DNA from: Amylibacter sp.
GTDB taxonomy: Bacteria; Pseudomonadota; Alphaproteobacteria; Rhodobacterales; Rhodobacteraceae
Direction: 5' to 3'
DNA: 64,000 nt
Assembly (NCBI GenBank): GCA_965206885.1
Contig: CBDBLJ010000002.1
Span: 18,459-82,458 of the forward strand
Position 1 is the stretch's first letter; each line of letters opens with the position of its first letter. Of this stretch, positions 48,952 to 59,906 are shown piece by piece. The notes under the pieces are model-generated. The model did no database searches and had not been told where the DNA came from. It saw only the letters and a program-made list of their open reading frames with translations. The position numbers and the translations under genes were made by a program.

Positions 48952-50292
48952 ATGACCAAAGCCCCACAATACCGCATCCTTGTTATTGATGATGATAAAG
49001 AAATGCGACTATCGCTTGTACATTTGCTGGAAAGCACTGGATGGGCAGTGGAAACAGCGGCAACTGCTGTTGGCGTTGAAGCTTTGATCGAGGCCACCCT
49101 ACCCGATGTAATTTTAACAGATGTTCAAATGCCAAACCGTACGGGCCTACAACTCCTCATCGAGCTCCCTATGGATATCATGCCCCCCTTAGTCTTGATC
49201 TCTGCACATGGTGATATCCCAATGGCAGTCGAGGCTATCCAAAACGGTGCTTACGGCTTCTTAGAAAAACCGTTCGAGCCTCGAAGATTACTAACCATCT
49301 TACAACACGCAGCGGAACAACATCAGCTACAAGAAACGACAAGCCGTTTAAAAGCACGGCTGGCAGATTTATCAGGATTGAACCGCGTATTCATTGGGCA
49401 ATCTGATTTGGTCAATTCTGTTCGTGAAACCGTTCTAGACTACAGCCATCTTGAAGCCTCTGTCTTAATCTTAGGTGAAACAGGTACAGGCAAAGAGGTC
49501 GTGGCAAAAGCCATGCATGATATTTCAGCACGCTCAGATAAGCCCTTTGTAGCTGTGAACTGTACTGCTATTCCAATCTTAGATTTCGAAGAGATGTTAT
49601 TTGGGCGCAAAGGTCATATCCAAGGGTTGGTCAATAAGGCCCAAGGCGGTACATTATTTTTAGACGAAATCATATCCGCACCCATTGAAATTCAGATGAA
49701 GCTTTTGCGCCTTATAGAAACAAAGGAGTTCATCGCTTTAGGGTCAGACACCACAAAAATCGCCGATATCCGCATCATAGCAGCTTCAAGTGAAGATCCC
49801 GATGTCGCAATTTCTGAAAATCGCTTACGTAAAGATTTACTCTTCCGCTTAAACGGTTTTACTGTGTCTTTACCAAGTTTACGCGAACATAAAGATGACA
49901 TCGTATTGCTCTTTGAGAACTTCATAGCCGAATTTTCCCGCTTATATGAAATGCCACCAACGGTTCAGACCGCCGAGGATGTTGCCGCTTTATTAGGCCA
50001 TGATTGGCTTGGCAATGTTCGGGAACTGCGTTCTGTGGCTGAACGCTGCGTTTTGGCTTCGAAGCGCGGCGCAGGTGGTGCTGCTAATGCATTAAAAGAT
50101 CCTGAAATCATTACAGATATACCCGAGAATTTACGCGGTGCTGTTGCCGCTTTTGAACGTGCTCTTATTACCAAATCGATAAGAGCCCACAAAGGCAAGA
50201 TGGATGTGGTTGCTGCAGCCCTAGGTATAGGTCGACGTACACTTAATGAGAAGATCGTTAAGCTAGATCTTGATAAAGACGCCATTTTATAG
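48952..50292 (+). CDS. dctD: DctD-like response regulator (receiver-AAA+-HTH) lacking the GAFTGA loop
   Basis: Receiver ILTDVQMP, Walker A GETGTGKE, Walker B TLFLDEI, W.GNVREL and Fis-type HTH. Confidence 0.82.
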   Translation: MTKAPQYRILVIDDDKEMRLSLVHLLESTGWAVETAATAVGVEALIEATLPDVILTDVQMPNRTGLQLLIELPMDIMPPLVLISAHGDIPMAVEAIQNGAYGFLEKPFEPRRLLTILQHAAEQHQLQETTSRLKARLADLSGLNRVFIGQSDLVNSVRETVLDYSHLEASVLILGETGTGKEVVAKAMHDISARSDKPFVAVNCTAIPILDFEEMLFGRKGHIQGLVNKAQGGTLFLDEIISAPIEIQMKLLRLIETKEFIALGSDTTKIADIRIIAASSEDPDVAISENRLRKDLLFRLNGFTVSLPSLREHKDDIVLLFENFIAEFSRLYEMPPTVQTAEDVAALLGHDWLGNVRELRSVAERCVLASKRGAGGAANALKDPEIITDIPENLRGAVAAFERALITKSIRAHKGKMDVVAAALGIGRRTLNEKIVKLDLDKDAIL

Positions 50293-50293
50293 C

Positions 50294-50341
50294 CTGCGGA
50301 AATCCGCAGAGCAGATAAAATACATTGCGCAATTTTCCTCA
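50294..50341. promoter_or_regulatory. Tandem DctD-type binding sites upstream of dctP
   Basis: CTGCGGAAATCCGCAG at 50294..50309 matches the core of the rhizobial DctD site TGTGCGGAAATCCGCACA (recalled); a weaker TGCGCAATTTTCCTCA lies 32 bp downstream. Confidence 0.7.
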
Positions 50342-50417
50342 ATCACCCTATCCTTATTTATAGGTTATAAACCCAATTGATCGTACTACGATTCATTTAT
50401 CGTTCTGGGAGGAACTC

Positions 50418-51425
50418 ATGAAGAACACTTTGAAAGTGGCTGTCATTACAGCCGTTACCGCATCCTTTGCAGGTGAAGCTATTGCTGAAACAACGTGGAA
50501 TGTGTCCGTATGGGGCAAACGCCGCGCGTTTACAGAGCATGTTGAGAAGCTGGCTGAATTGGTTTCAGAAAAAACTGCTGGGGACTTTAAACTGAACATT
50601 TCTTACGGTGGCCTATCTAAGAACAAAGAAAACCTAGATGGTATTTCTATTGGCGCGTTTGAAATGGCACAGTTCTGTGCTGGCTATCACCGTGACAAAA
50701 ACCCATCTATCACAGTGCTTGAGTTGCCATTCTTGGGCGTTTCGTCCTTAGAAGAAGAGCGCAAAATCAGTCAAGCCGTTTATGCACACCCAGCCGTCCA
50801 AGCCGACCTTGCACGTTGGAATGCAACATTATTGATGCCATCCCCACTACCACAATACAATTTGGTTGGTGTCGGTGATGCGCCAAAAACATTGGCAGAC
50901 TACAAAGGCCTAACAGTACGCGCGACAGGCGGTATAGGTAAAGCAATGGCAGCGGTTGAAGCAGTCCCAACATCCATGTCGGCCACAGAAGTACGCCAAG
51001 CGCTTGACGGCGGTGTTGTTAAAGCGGTTGCATTCGCACCACACGCACACATGTCATTTGGCACGGTCGAAACTGGCAAGTGGTGGACAACAAACTTGAA
51101 CCCAGGCACAGTGAACTGCCCAGTTGTTGCAAACACAGATGCGCTTGCTGCTTTAAGCGATGCAAACCGCGATGCGCTTCTTGGCTCAGTTGACGAAGCA
51201 TTAGACTACTATATCTCCACGTATAACGGCAAAACGATGGATGCTTGGGGCCCAACATTGGAGGCCAAGGGTATTGAAAGCGTCACTTACAGTGACAGTG
51301 AATTGGCTACATTCAAAGATACTGTTGCTGGCCCTGCTGCTGCATCTTGGATTGCAGACAACACAGCCAAAGGCCTGCCTGCACAAGAGTTATACGATCT
51401 TGTCACAGGTATGATTGGCAAATAA
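50418..51425 (+). CDS. dctP: TRAP transporter substrate-binding protein
   Basis: Signal peptide, DGISIGAFEM, LELPFL, KGLTVRA; precedes dctQM. Confidence 0.88.
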   Translation: MKNTLKVAVITAVTASFAGEAIAETTWNVSVWGKRRAFTEHVEKLAELVSEKTAGDFKLNISYGGLSKNKENLDGISIGAFEMAQFCAGYHRDKNPSITVLELPFLGVSSLEEERKISQAVYAHPAVQADLARWNATLLMPSPLPQYNLVGVGDAPKTLADYKGLTVRATGGIGKAMAAVEAVPTSMSATEVRQALDGGVVKAVAFAPHAHMSFGTVETGKWWTTNLNPGTVNCPVVANTDALAALSDANRDALLGSVDEALDYYISTYNGKTMDAWGPTLEAKGIESVTYSDSELATFKDTVAGPAAASWIADNTAKGLPAQELYDLVTGMIGK

Positions 51426-51493
51426 GCCGAGCCCAAACAAAAATAACCTGTCGCGCATTTGCGCGGCAGACATTTTGAAAACGGAACATCTCC

Positions 51494-52117
51494 ATGGCTT
51501 CTCATTCATCCGTCTTGACGGACAACAGCTTGCTGAGCAAGCTGGATCAACGTCTCTATAAACTCGAAAGCGCCTTTGCCCTCCTCAGCGGCTTAGCGGT
51601 TTTCTCTCTCATGATGTTAGCCGTGATTTCCGTCACAGGCCGCCATTCCATCAATCAACCGCTCCCTGGTTATGTCGATTGGATCGAACAAGCCATGCCA
51701 TTAATCGCCTTTATGGGTGTCGCTTATACACAACGCAATGGCGGTCATATCCGTATGGATATCCTCGTAAGCTTTCTAAAAGGCCGTAGCCTTTGGGCGG
51801 TCGAATTTATCACAGCCTTCCTAATGCTCGCCGTTATGCTCCTCCTCATATGGGGTTCATGGGCACATTTCGGCCGCAGCTTTGATTTTTCTGCCCCATT
51901 GTGGAGCCGTGACAGTTCAATGGATATCGCCCTACCGCTTTGGCCTGCAAAACTCTTAGCTCCCGTAGCCTTTAGCGTTTTAGCACTCCGCTTAGCATTG
52001 CAACTCGTGGCTTACGCACGCGCATTTAAAAACAATGAAACCAGCCCTGTGGCTGTACCTCTTATCGAAGACGCAGCAACACAAGCTGCCAAAGAAGCCG
52101 ACACGGTTTCGGGCTAG
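51494..52117 (+). CDS. dctQ: TRAP transporter small permease
   Basis: Four TM segments and GGHIRMD. Confidence 0.88.
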   Translation: MASHSSVLTDNSLLSKLDQRLYKLESAFALLSGLAVFSLMMLAVISVTGRHSINQPLPGYVDWIEQAMPLIAFMGVAYTQRNGGHIRMDILVSFLKGRSLWAVEFITAFLMLAVMLLLIWGSWAHFGRSFDFSAPLWSRDSSMDIALPLWPAKLLAPVAFSVLALRLALQLVAYARAFKNNETSPVAVPLIEDAATQAAKEADTVSG

Positions 52118-52126
52118 GATAAAATT

Positions 52127-53530
52127 ATGGAACCTATTGAAATTGGCATTATTGTCAGCCTTGGCCTTTTGGTCGTCGTCATCTTAGGCATGCGCGTGGC
52201 TTTTGCCGCTGCCATTGCAGGTGTTGTCGGGCTTATCTGGATATTTTGGGCAAAAAAAGGCTACTCAGGTGATAGTTTCTTCTGGGCCTTAACAGTTGCC
52301 GCAAAAACGGCAGGGCAAGTTCCCCATTCAAAAGTATCATCACAAGCACTCTCGCTGATCCCGACCTTTATCCTCATCGGTTATCTTGCCTATTATGCTG
52401 GCCTGACTAAGGCTTTGTTCGAAGCTGCTAAGAAATGGGTCGCGTGGCTCCCAGGCGGCTTGGCTGTCTCAACAGTTTTCGCCACAGCAGGTTTCGCAGC
52501 AGTATCAGGTGCCTCAGTTGCCACATCTGCCGTGTTTGCTCGCATCGCGATCCCAGAAATGCTGGCCTTAGGGTATGACAAACGTTTTGCTGCTGGCGTT
52601 GTTGCAGCAGGTGGTACACTTGCCTCTCTTATTCCGCCATCAGCAATCCTTGTAATTTACGCAATCATCGTAGAACAAGATGTTGGTATGCTCTTACTCG
52701 CAGGTTTTGTGCCAGGTGCATTTTCTGCAGTGATCTATGGCATCTTAATCGTAGGCTTGGCTCTGACGTTCAAAAATTTTGGGCCACCTGTATCAGGCTT
52801 CACTTGGAAGGAACGCTTTACAGCCCTACCACCTGCCTTGCCAATCTTTGCGGTTGTCGCGATCATTATCTTATTTGTCTATAACCCATTTGGTGGCGAT
52901 GCATGGGGTACTCCTACAGAAGGCGGTGCAATCGGAGCCTTTATCGTTTTTTGTATGGCTCTTTATAAAGGCATGCGTTGGACACAACTAAAAGATGCCT
53001 TAATGGAAACCGCAAAGCTGGCGGTGATGATTTTCACCATCATCTGGGGGGTTTTGATATATGTACGCTTCCTAGGTTTTGCCGATCTTCCATCTGCCTT
53101 CTCTCATTGGATCACGTCACTTGATCAAAGCCCAATGCTGACACTCGTATTCATCTTATTAGCCTACGCGATCTTAGGTATGTTCATGGATGCCATTGGT
53201 ATGCTTTTATTAACCTTACCGATCACTTATCCAGCTGTCATGGCTCTAAACGGCGGTGAATTCGTCTCTGCTGCGGATAGTGCATTCGGAATGTCAGGTC
53301 CAATGGCTGGTATTTGGTTTGGTATCTTGGTCGTGAAAATGGCAGAGTTTTGTTTGATCACTCCCCCCATCGGCTTGAACTGCTTCGTGGTGGCGGGCGT
53401 TCGCGATGATTTGAGTGTACAAGACGTATTCAAAGGCGTCACACCATTTTTCATCGCAGATGCGATTACAATCGCAGGTCTAGTCGCCTTTCCAAGTATC
53501 GTTTTATGGTTACCATCTCTTGCTGGATAA
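52127..53530 (+). CDS. dctM: TRAP transporter large permease
   Basis: SGASVAT, AAGGTLASLIPPS, TPTEGGA, ITPPIGLN. Confidence 0.9.
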   Translation: MEPIEIGIIVSLGLLVVVILGMRVAFAAAIAGVVGLIWIFWAKKGYSGDSFFWALTVAAKTAGQVPHSKVSSQALSLIPTFILIGYLAYYAGLTKALFEAAKKWVAWLPGGLAVSTVFATAGFAAVSGASVATSAVFARIAIPEMLALGYDKRFAAGVVAAGGTLASLIPPSAILVIYAIIVEQDVGMLLLAGFVPGAFSAVIYGILIVGLALTFKNFGPPVSGFTWKERFTALPPALPIFAVVAIIILFVYNPFGGDAWGTPTEGGAIGAFIVFCMALYKGMRWTQLKDALMETAKLAVMIFTIIWGVLIYVRFLGFADLPSAFSHWITSLDQSPMLTLVFILLAYAILGMFMDAIGMLLLTLPITYPAVMALNGGEFVSAADSAFGMSGPMAGIWFGILVVKMAEFCLITPPIGLNCFVVAGVRDDLSVQDVFKGVTPFFIADAITIAGLVAFPSIVLWLPSLAG

Positions 53531-53543
53531 CTCCTGAAAATAC

Positions 53544-53572
53544 ATAATATTATCCCATTGGGGTAATATTAT
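53544..53572. repeat. 29-bp near-perfect palindrome between dctM and the ABC operon
   Basis: ATAATATTATCCCA-T-TGGGGTAATATTAT, 13/14 matching arms. Confidence 0.7.
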
Positions 53573-53692
53573 TGTCAGATACAAAAGTGTTACTTGCCAC
53601 GCTGATCGCGACCTGCATAATCAATCAAATGTGAAGAATATGTGATCAGCAGAATCACGCGATTACCGTTCAAGAGTTTACGGCAGGAGATA

Positions 53693-55465
53693 ATGGAACC
53701 CATAATTGAAGTTAAAAATCTTACGATCGGTTTCGGTACCGCTGAACCTACGATTCAAGATGTTAATTTCTCTGTCCGAAAGGGTGAAACACTTGCCATA
53801 GTTGGGGAGTCTGGCTCCGGTAAAACTCTCAGTTGCCGCGCTATTTTAGGGATATTACCTAGCACCGCTAAAATCTATTCTGGTGAAATAATTTCGACCA
53901 AGAATACAGCACAGCAAGATCTGCTTAAACTCAATGAAAAACTATTTCGCAAAGTTCGTGGCGATAGCGTTTCTATGATTTTTCAAGAACCCATGCGATC
54001 CTTGTCTCCTTTGCACAAGGTCGGTCATCAAGTCGCTGAAGTACTAGAATTGCACCGCTCGCTTTCCCCAAAAAAAATCAAACAAGAAGTCTTAGCGCAA
54101 TTTGAACGCGTTGGTTTTCCTGATCCTGAGCGCGCCTATGCATCATATCCTTTTGAAATGTCAGGCGGCATGCTGCAACGTGCCATGATTGCAATGGCGA
54201 TGATTGCAAAACCTGACCTCTTGATCGCTGATGAACCAACAACAGCCTTAGATGTAACCACTCAAGCCCAAGTATTGGGCTTAATCAACGACCTCCAAAA
54301 AGAAACAAATATGGCTGTGATCCTTGTAACCCATGATTTGGGTGTGGTCGCGAACATGGCAGACAAAGTCGTTGTGATGAACAAGGGTCGGATTATGGAA
54401 AGCGGTGTGGCCAAAGATATTCTATCCGCCCCAGCACACCGCTATACGCAAAAATTGTTTGCCGCAGCACCAATCATTCCAATATCGAATGAAATCGTTC
54501 CCGCAATTCCACACGATGATCTGATCCTTGATATGAAGAACATCAGCAAAACCTATATGTCGCGCAGCAGTGCACCATGGAAACCCGCATCACAGATACA
54601 AGCGGTCCGTGGCGTGGGTTTACAACTGACACGTGGCAAGACTTTGGCGGTTGTTGGTGAATCTGGATCAGGGAAATCGACCTGTGCTCGCATAGCATTA
54701 GGGGCAGAATTACCCGATGAAGGTAGCAACGTAAACTTTTACGCAGAACCAAACACCACCCCTGTTGATGTAAGTACGCTTACACGCGCGGAACGCAGTA
54801 AATTCCAGAAACAAGCACAAATGGTATTTCAAGATCCATATTCATCCCTCAGCCCGAGAATGCAGATTGTGGACACGCTTATTGAGCCTTTGAAAATCCA
54901 TAATATCGGCACAAAGCAAACGCGTCTTGATCGCGCAAAAGAAGTGTTAAAACTAGTGGGGCTGGATACATCTATTCTACGGCGTTATCCGCACGCTTTT
55001 TCTGGCGGACAACGTCAGCGCTTATCCATTGCGCGGGCTTTGATGATGGAGCCAAAACTGCTGGTTTGCGATGAACCTACTTCGGCTTTGGATGTATCTG
55101 TACAAGATCAAATCCTTGATCTGTTGGAAGAGATACGAGATGCACGCCAATTGTCTTATCTGTTCATCTCGCATGATTTAGCAGTGGTATCGCGTATTGC
55201 GGACGAAGTTGCTGTGATGCGTCAGGGCCGTATTGTTGAGCAAGCGCCACCTAATACACTCTTTGCCAACCCAAAACACCCTTATACAAAAGCCTTAATC
55301 GCTGCCCAGCCAGAACCAGATATCACGCGACCGATTGATTTAGGCCTTGTGGCTTTGGGCGCAGGTACATCAAGTTCATGGGCTGATAACTTCCGTTTTG
55401 AAGGTGATGATGCTCCTCCCTTACAAGAATTGGAACCGGGCCATATGGTGCGCTGTCATGTTTAA
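53693..55465 (+). CDS. Dipeptide/oligopeptide-type ABC ATP-binding protein with two ATPase domains
   Basis: Two Walker A motifs (GESGSGK), MSGGMLQR and FSGGQRQR; RBS AGGAGA before ATG 53693. Confidence 0.9.
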   Translation: MEPIIEVKNLTIGFGTAEPTIQDVNFSVRKGETLAIVGESGSGKTLSCRAILGILPSTAKIYSGEIISTKNTAQQDLLKLNEKLFRKVRGDSVSMIFQEPMRSLSPLHKVGHQVAEVLELHRSLSPKKIKQEVLAQFERVGFPDPERAYASYPFEMSGGMLQRAMIAMAMIAKPDLLIADEPTTALDVTTQAQVLGLINDLQKETNMAVILVTHDLGVVANMADKVVVMNKGRIMESGVAKDILSAPAHRYTQKLFAAAPIIPISNEIVPAIPHDDLILDMKNISKTYMSRSSAPWKPASQIQAVRGVGLQLTRGKTLAVVGESGSGKSTCARIALGAELPDEGSNVNFYAEPNTTPVDVSTLTRAERSKFQKQAQMVFQDPYSSLSPRMQIVDTLIEPLKIHNIGTKQTRLDRAKEVLKLVGLDTSILRRYPHAFSGGQRQRLSIARALMMEPKLLVCDEPTSALDVSVQDQILDLLEEIRDARQLSYLFISHDLAVVSRIADEVAVMRQGRIVEQAPPNTLFANPKHPYTKALIAAQPEPDITRPIDLGLVALGAGTSSSWADNFRFEGDDAPPLQELEPGHMVRCHV

Positions 55466-57374
55466 AATCAAAACTCTATTCATAACAGCATGTCTGACGC
55501 TTAGTGCTACCTTGGCACAGGCACAGACGCTACAAGAAACGTTTTTATTCAAAGACCAAGTCGCATCTGGCGAGTTGCCTGCGATCCAGAAACGATTACC
55601 AGACGCCCCTTTAATCGTAGAGTTGCCATGGAAAGGACGATCATATGGCACTCAAGGTGGTACATTACGTACAATGATCACACGTTCCAAAGACACACGA
55701 CAAATGGTTGTCTATGGATATTCCCGTTTGGTGATTTACAATGAAAAATACCAATTAAAAGCTGACATTCTAGAAAACTTTGAAAACGAAAATGATAGAA
55801 AATTTACACTGCGTTTACGTAAAGGACATAAATGGTCAGATGGCGCACCATTTACATCCGCTGATTTTAAATATTGGTGGGTAGATGTTGCAACCAACAA
55901 AGAACTTACGCCATCAGGCCCATCAGATTTCTTATATGTTGACAAAAAATTACCCACAGTCACGTTCCCTGACGCGTTAACCATTGTTTATGAATGGAAA
56001 AACCCAAATCCACAATTTTTACAAACCTTGGCACAAGCAAGACCACCCTTCATTTTTCGCCCTGCGCATTATCTAAAACAATACCATGCGGATTATGCAG
56101 ACCCAGAATATTTGGCGAAAGCCGTCGCAAAGAAAAAGGTCCGCAGTTGGGCATCGCTACACAACAAGCTTGATAATATGTACAAGTTTGACAATGCAAC
56201 ATTACCAACCTTGCAACCCTGGATCGTGGATAAGAAAAGCACAAAGAACCGTAAGCTATTTGTGCGAAACCCATATTACCATCGCGTCGATAAAAACGGC
56301 ATACAACTCCCCTATATAGACCGTGTAGATATGAATGTTGTTGGCCCTGGTCTTGTAGCCGCAAAAGCCAATGCTGGTGAAATTGACCTTCAAGCGCGTG
56401 GGTTAAGCTTTAAAGATATCTCCATCTTAAAAAAAGGTGAGAAAGATGGTGGAAAGTACAAAACCTTACTCTGGGCGAATGGAACAGCCTCTCAAATCGC
56501 AATTTACCCAAACCTAAATTTTGCAGATAAAACATGGCGTACTGTTATGCGTGATGTCCGCTTTAGGCGCGCATTATCAGTGTCTATTGACCGAAAAATG
56601 ATCAACCGCGTATTGTATTTTGGATTAGCCAAAGAAAGTTCCATGAGTGCGTTGCCGCGCAGTCCTTTCTACAATGCAAATGATCGTGCTGCTTGGTCAC
56701 AATTCGACCCAGAACTTGCAAATGAAATGTTGGATGCAATGGGACTTACCAAACGCCGCCCTGATGGTATTCGTTTAATGTCTGATGGACGCCCCGTGCA
56801 GGTCGTCATCGAAACACCTGGTGAACGCCAAGAAGTCGAAAACGCCTTATCAATCATCACCGATACATGGCGTGATGTGGGTATCAAACTCGTTGTACGC
56901 CCATTGGAACGCGATATTCTTCGCAACCGCGTTTACTCAGGGGCTACAATGGCTGCTATTTGGTTTGGCTGGGACAATGGGTTACCACAACCCTATACAT
57001 CCCCCGCATATTTGGCCCCACGCCAACAAGAATTCTTTGCTTGGCCTAAATGGGGCCAGCATTACCAAATGCACGGTAAAGCAGGATATGAAGTGGATAT
57101 GCCTGAGCCAGAGAAATTACTGAGACTATCTTTAGACTGGGATCATGCATCTGATGTCATTACCCGATCAAAAATTTGGACAGAAATGCTAAAAATCCAT
57201 GCGGATCAACAGTATGGCATTGGTGTTTTAAGTGAAGCTCCGCAACCTGTTGTCGTTTCTAATCATCTGAAAAACGTACCAAAAGAAGCTGTTTGGGCAT
57301 GGGATCCAGGGGCACATTTTGGCGTATATCGCATGGATGAATTTTACTTTGACAATTTAGGAACGGCGCAATGA
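55458..57374 (+). CDS. Family-5 ABC substrate-binding protein (large AgpA-like type; likely start 55458)
   Basis: Signal peptide MFKIKTLF...AQA, LR.G.KWSDGAPFTSAD, RNPYYHRVD..G.QLPYID. Confidence 0.85.
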   Translation: MFKIKTLFITACLTLSATLAQAQTLQETFLFKDQVASGELPAIQKRLPDAPLIVELPWKGRSYGTQGGTLRTMITRSKDTRQMVVYGYSRLVIYNEKYQLKADILENFENENDRKFTLRLRKGHKWSDGAPFTSADFKYWWVDVATNKELTPSGPSDFLYVDKKLPTVTFPDALTIVYEWKNPNPQFLQTLAQARPPFIFRPAHYLKQYHADYADPEYLAKAVAKKKVRSWASLHNKLDNMYKFDNATLPTLQPWIVDKKSTKNRKLFVRNPYYHRVDKNGIQLPYIDRVDMNVVGPGLVAAKANAGEIDLQARGLSFKDISILKKGEKDGGKYKTLLWANGTASQIAIYPNLNFADKTWRTVMRDVRFRRALSVSIDRKMINRVLYFGLAKESSMSALPRSPFYNANDRAAWSQFDPELANEMLDAMGLTKRRPDGIRLMSDGRPVQVVIETPGERQEVENALSIITDTWRDVGIKLVVRPLERDILRNRVYSGATMAAIWFGWDNGLPQPYTSPAYLAPRQQEFFAWPKWGQHYQMHGKAGYEVDMPEPEKLLRLSLDWDHASDVITRSKIWTEMLKIHADQQYGIGVLSEAPQPVVVSNHLKNVPKEAVWAWDPGAHFGVYRMDEFYFDNLGTAQ

Positions 57375-58396
57375 TTTTACTCCGCTTTGCAATTTTCCGT
57401 CTCTTGACGATGTTGATGACACTTTTGTTAGTTTCAGCTCTGGTTTTTATCATCATAAATCTACCGCCAGGTGATTATTTAAGTAATCAAATAGAAGAAC
57501 TACGTGCAACGGGTCAAAGCGTTAGTGTGGCAAAAGCAGAGTTTTTACGACATGAATATGCTTTAGATAGACCTGTTATAGAACAATACTTTATATGGAT
57601 CGGTGCAATACCTGGCCCGCATGGGTTTTCAGGGTTGTTACAAGGTGACTTTGGCTGGTCATTCGAATTTGACCAACCCGTCGCAGATATTGTTGGTCAG
57701 GCACTTTGGTTAACAGTTTTGGTAAACCTTGCAGCGGTTCTGTTTGTCTATCTTGTTGCTTTGCCCTTAGGTGTAATAGCTGCAGCTCGTTCCAAAACAT
57801 GGGTCGATTACACATCAGCTTTCGTTGGTTATTTAGGGTTGGCTACGCCTAATTTCTTATTAGCACTGATCCTTTTCTATTACGGCCATCGGTATTTTAA
57901 TCTTCCTATCGGTGGGTTGATGTCGCCAGAGTTTGAAGGCGAAGCTATGAGTTTTGATAAAATGAAATCCATCTTGCTTCACTTAATAATCCCAACCTTT
58001 GTGATCGGAACATCAGGTGCCGCTGCAATGATGCAAAGGTTACGCGCGAATATGTTAGACGAATTGAGCAAACCTTATGTGGAAACCGCACGTGCAAAAG
58101 GAGTGCCACCAGCAAAGTTACTTGCAAAATATCCGCTGCGTGTCGCGTTAAATCCATTTGTGGCTGACATCGGAAACTTATTACCATCAATGATCTCAGG
58201 TTCTGTTCTTGTATCTGTTGTTCTTGGCCTTCAAACAATCGGGCCCGCATTGCTAACAGCCTTAAAGTCACAAGATCAATTTCTAGCAGGTTTTATACTT
58301 TTATTCGTAGCCCTACTCACTTTGATTGGCACAATGATCTCTGACGTTTTACTTATGTTGCTTGACCCTCGGATCAGATACGGAGGGCGCAAATAA
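57371..58396 (+). CDS. ABC transporter permease (OppB-like)
   Basis: LPPGDY, GDFGWSF, ELSKPYVETARAKG, LDPRIR. Confidence 0.9.
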   Translation: MILLRFAIFRLLTMLMTLLLVSALVFIIINLPPGDYLSNQIEELRATGQSVSVAKAEFLRHEYALDRPVIEQYFIWIGAIPGPHGFSGLLQGDFGWSFEFDQPVADIVGQALWLTVLVNLAAVLFVYLVALPLGVIAAARSKTWVDYTSAFVGYLGLATPNFLLALILFYYGHRYFNLPIGGLMSPEFEGEAMSFDKMKSILLHLIIPTFVIGTSGAAAMMQRLRANMLDELSKPYVETARAKGVPPAKLLAKYPLRVALNPFVADIGNLLPSMISGSVLVSVVLGLQTIGPALLTALKSQDQFLAGFILLFVALLTLIGTMISDVLLMLLDPRIRYGGRK

Positions 58397-59550
58397 TGGC
58401 TATCCTTCCTGACGGTCGTTATGTCGACGATGCACCTTATGAAGAAAACGAAAATATCAGTGCTCCAGATCGTCCTGACTTGGATGCACCCAACTGGAAA
58501 TTGGTATGGCGTAGATTTAAACGGCACAAACTGGGCTTAGTGTCAGGTTTATTTTTACTCTGCGCCTATCTCATGCTTCCAATCGCAGGCTTCATTGCAC
58601 CTTACACTCCGAATGAGCGTAATGCAGAGCATCTCTATGCTCCCCCGCAAGGGATACATCTCTTTAATGATGGGAAACTCGTAGGCCCCCATGTTTTGCC
58701 GACAACAGCCAAGGCTGATTTGGAAAACTATCGTTGGCTTTACACAGTCGATGAAACGCGCCCGATGAAATTAGAGTTCTTTTGTAAAAGAGACAGCTAT
58801 AATCTGTTTGGTTTATTCAAAACCAATCGTCATTTATTCTGTGCACCAGAAGGTGCCACTATATTCCTATTGGGCTCTGACCGTCTGGGCCGCGATGTAT
58901 TTTCACGCATTTTATATGGCGCACAATTATCGCTTACCGTTGGCTTGATCGGGATCACCGTGTCATTTATATTAGGTATCGGCTTTGGTAGTATTGCTGG
59001 GTATTTTGGCGGTAAAGTCGACTGGGTCATTCAGCGATCCATTGAAATCCTACGTTCCTTACCTGAATTACCGTTATGGTTGGCACTCTCTGCCGCGGTA
59101 CCATCTCATTGGGGGCCAGTAGCAGTCTTCTTCATCATATCAATTATTCTAGGTATATTAGACTGGCCTGGATTGGCCCGTGCCGTGCGATCAAAGTTCT
59201 TATCATTACGTGAAGAAGAGTACGTAAAAGCCGCTGAAATGATGGGAGCATCCCCAGCACGTGTGATCCGTCACCACTTGTTGCCGAATTTCTCCAGCCA
59301 CTTAATAGCCAGCGCAATGTTATCCATTCCCGCTATGATACTTGGTGAAACAGCACTGTCATTCCTTGGATTGGGATTGCGTGCACCAGCAGTCAGCTGG
59401 GGTGTCATGTTGAATGATGCTCAGAACTTAGCCGCGATAGAAATATACCCGTGGACAGCCACACCAATGTTAATGATCGTACTGGTTGTTCTCGCGTTCA
59501 ACTTCCTTGGTGACGGCTTACGTGATGCATTAGACCCGTATCAAAACTAG
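58396..59550 (+). CDS. ABC transporter permease (OppC-like)
   Basis: LGSDRLGRDVFSR, REEEYVKAAEMMGAS, FNFLGDGLRDALDP. Confidence 0.9.
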   Translation: MAILPDGRYVDDAPYEENENISAPDRPDLDAPNWKLVWRRFKRHKLGLVSGLFLLCAYLMLPIAGFIAPYTPNERNAEHLYAPPQGIHLFNDGKLVGPHVLPTTAKADLENYRWLYTVDETRPMKLEFFCKRDSYNLFGLFKTNRHLFCAPEGATIFLLGSDRLGRDVFSRILYGAQLSLTVGLIGITVSFILGIGFGSIAGYFGGKVDWVIQRSIEILRSLPELPLWLALSAAVPSHWGPVAVFFIISIILGILDWPGLARAVRSKFLSLREEEYVKAAEMMGASPARVIRHHLLPNFSSHLIASAMLSIPAMILGETALSFLGLGLRAPAVSWGVMLNDAQNLAAIEIYPWTATPMLMIVLVVLAFNFLGDGLRDALDPYQN

Positions 59551-59776
59551 GAAAGACAACAGTTAATCACTGTTGTCTTTCTCACCTGCTCCACCTTCCA
59601 AAGCCTCTTCATCCACCCCTGTGAGAGCAGCACCTGCTATGGTTTTCTTTTGCGTTTCAGTTAGGTTTTGTGTGTTGGTATCATCCGCCAATCGTACAGT
59701 CACTTCACGGTGTGCAAACTTGATACCTTCACGCGCGAACAGGTCACGAATTTCCTGAAACACACGTTTACGAATG

Positions 59777-59906
59777 GTAAGCATCAAGGGAACCCCCTCT
59801 ATTTTGGTTTGATTTGAGATGCGATTATTGCGCGAGGCTGGCGGTTTGGTTGGCGCGATATGAGGATTTTTCTGATGAGCAAGCGACGGGCTGGGCGAGG
59901 TTCCAA
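59777..59906 (+). repeat. Left arm of the 130-bp inverted repeat (partner 63178..63307)
   Basis: Ungapped manual alignment gives 120/130 identities, with the first 32 bp perfect; the arm includes the tnpA start region. Confidence 0.9.

Noticed and set aside
59563-59787. 74-aa ORF starting MMLTIRKR
   Set aside because: Its start lies in the IS66 left end; it is the mscS 3' fragment.
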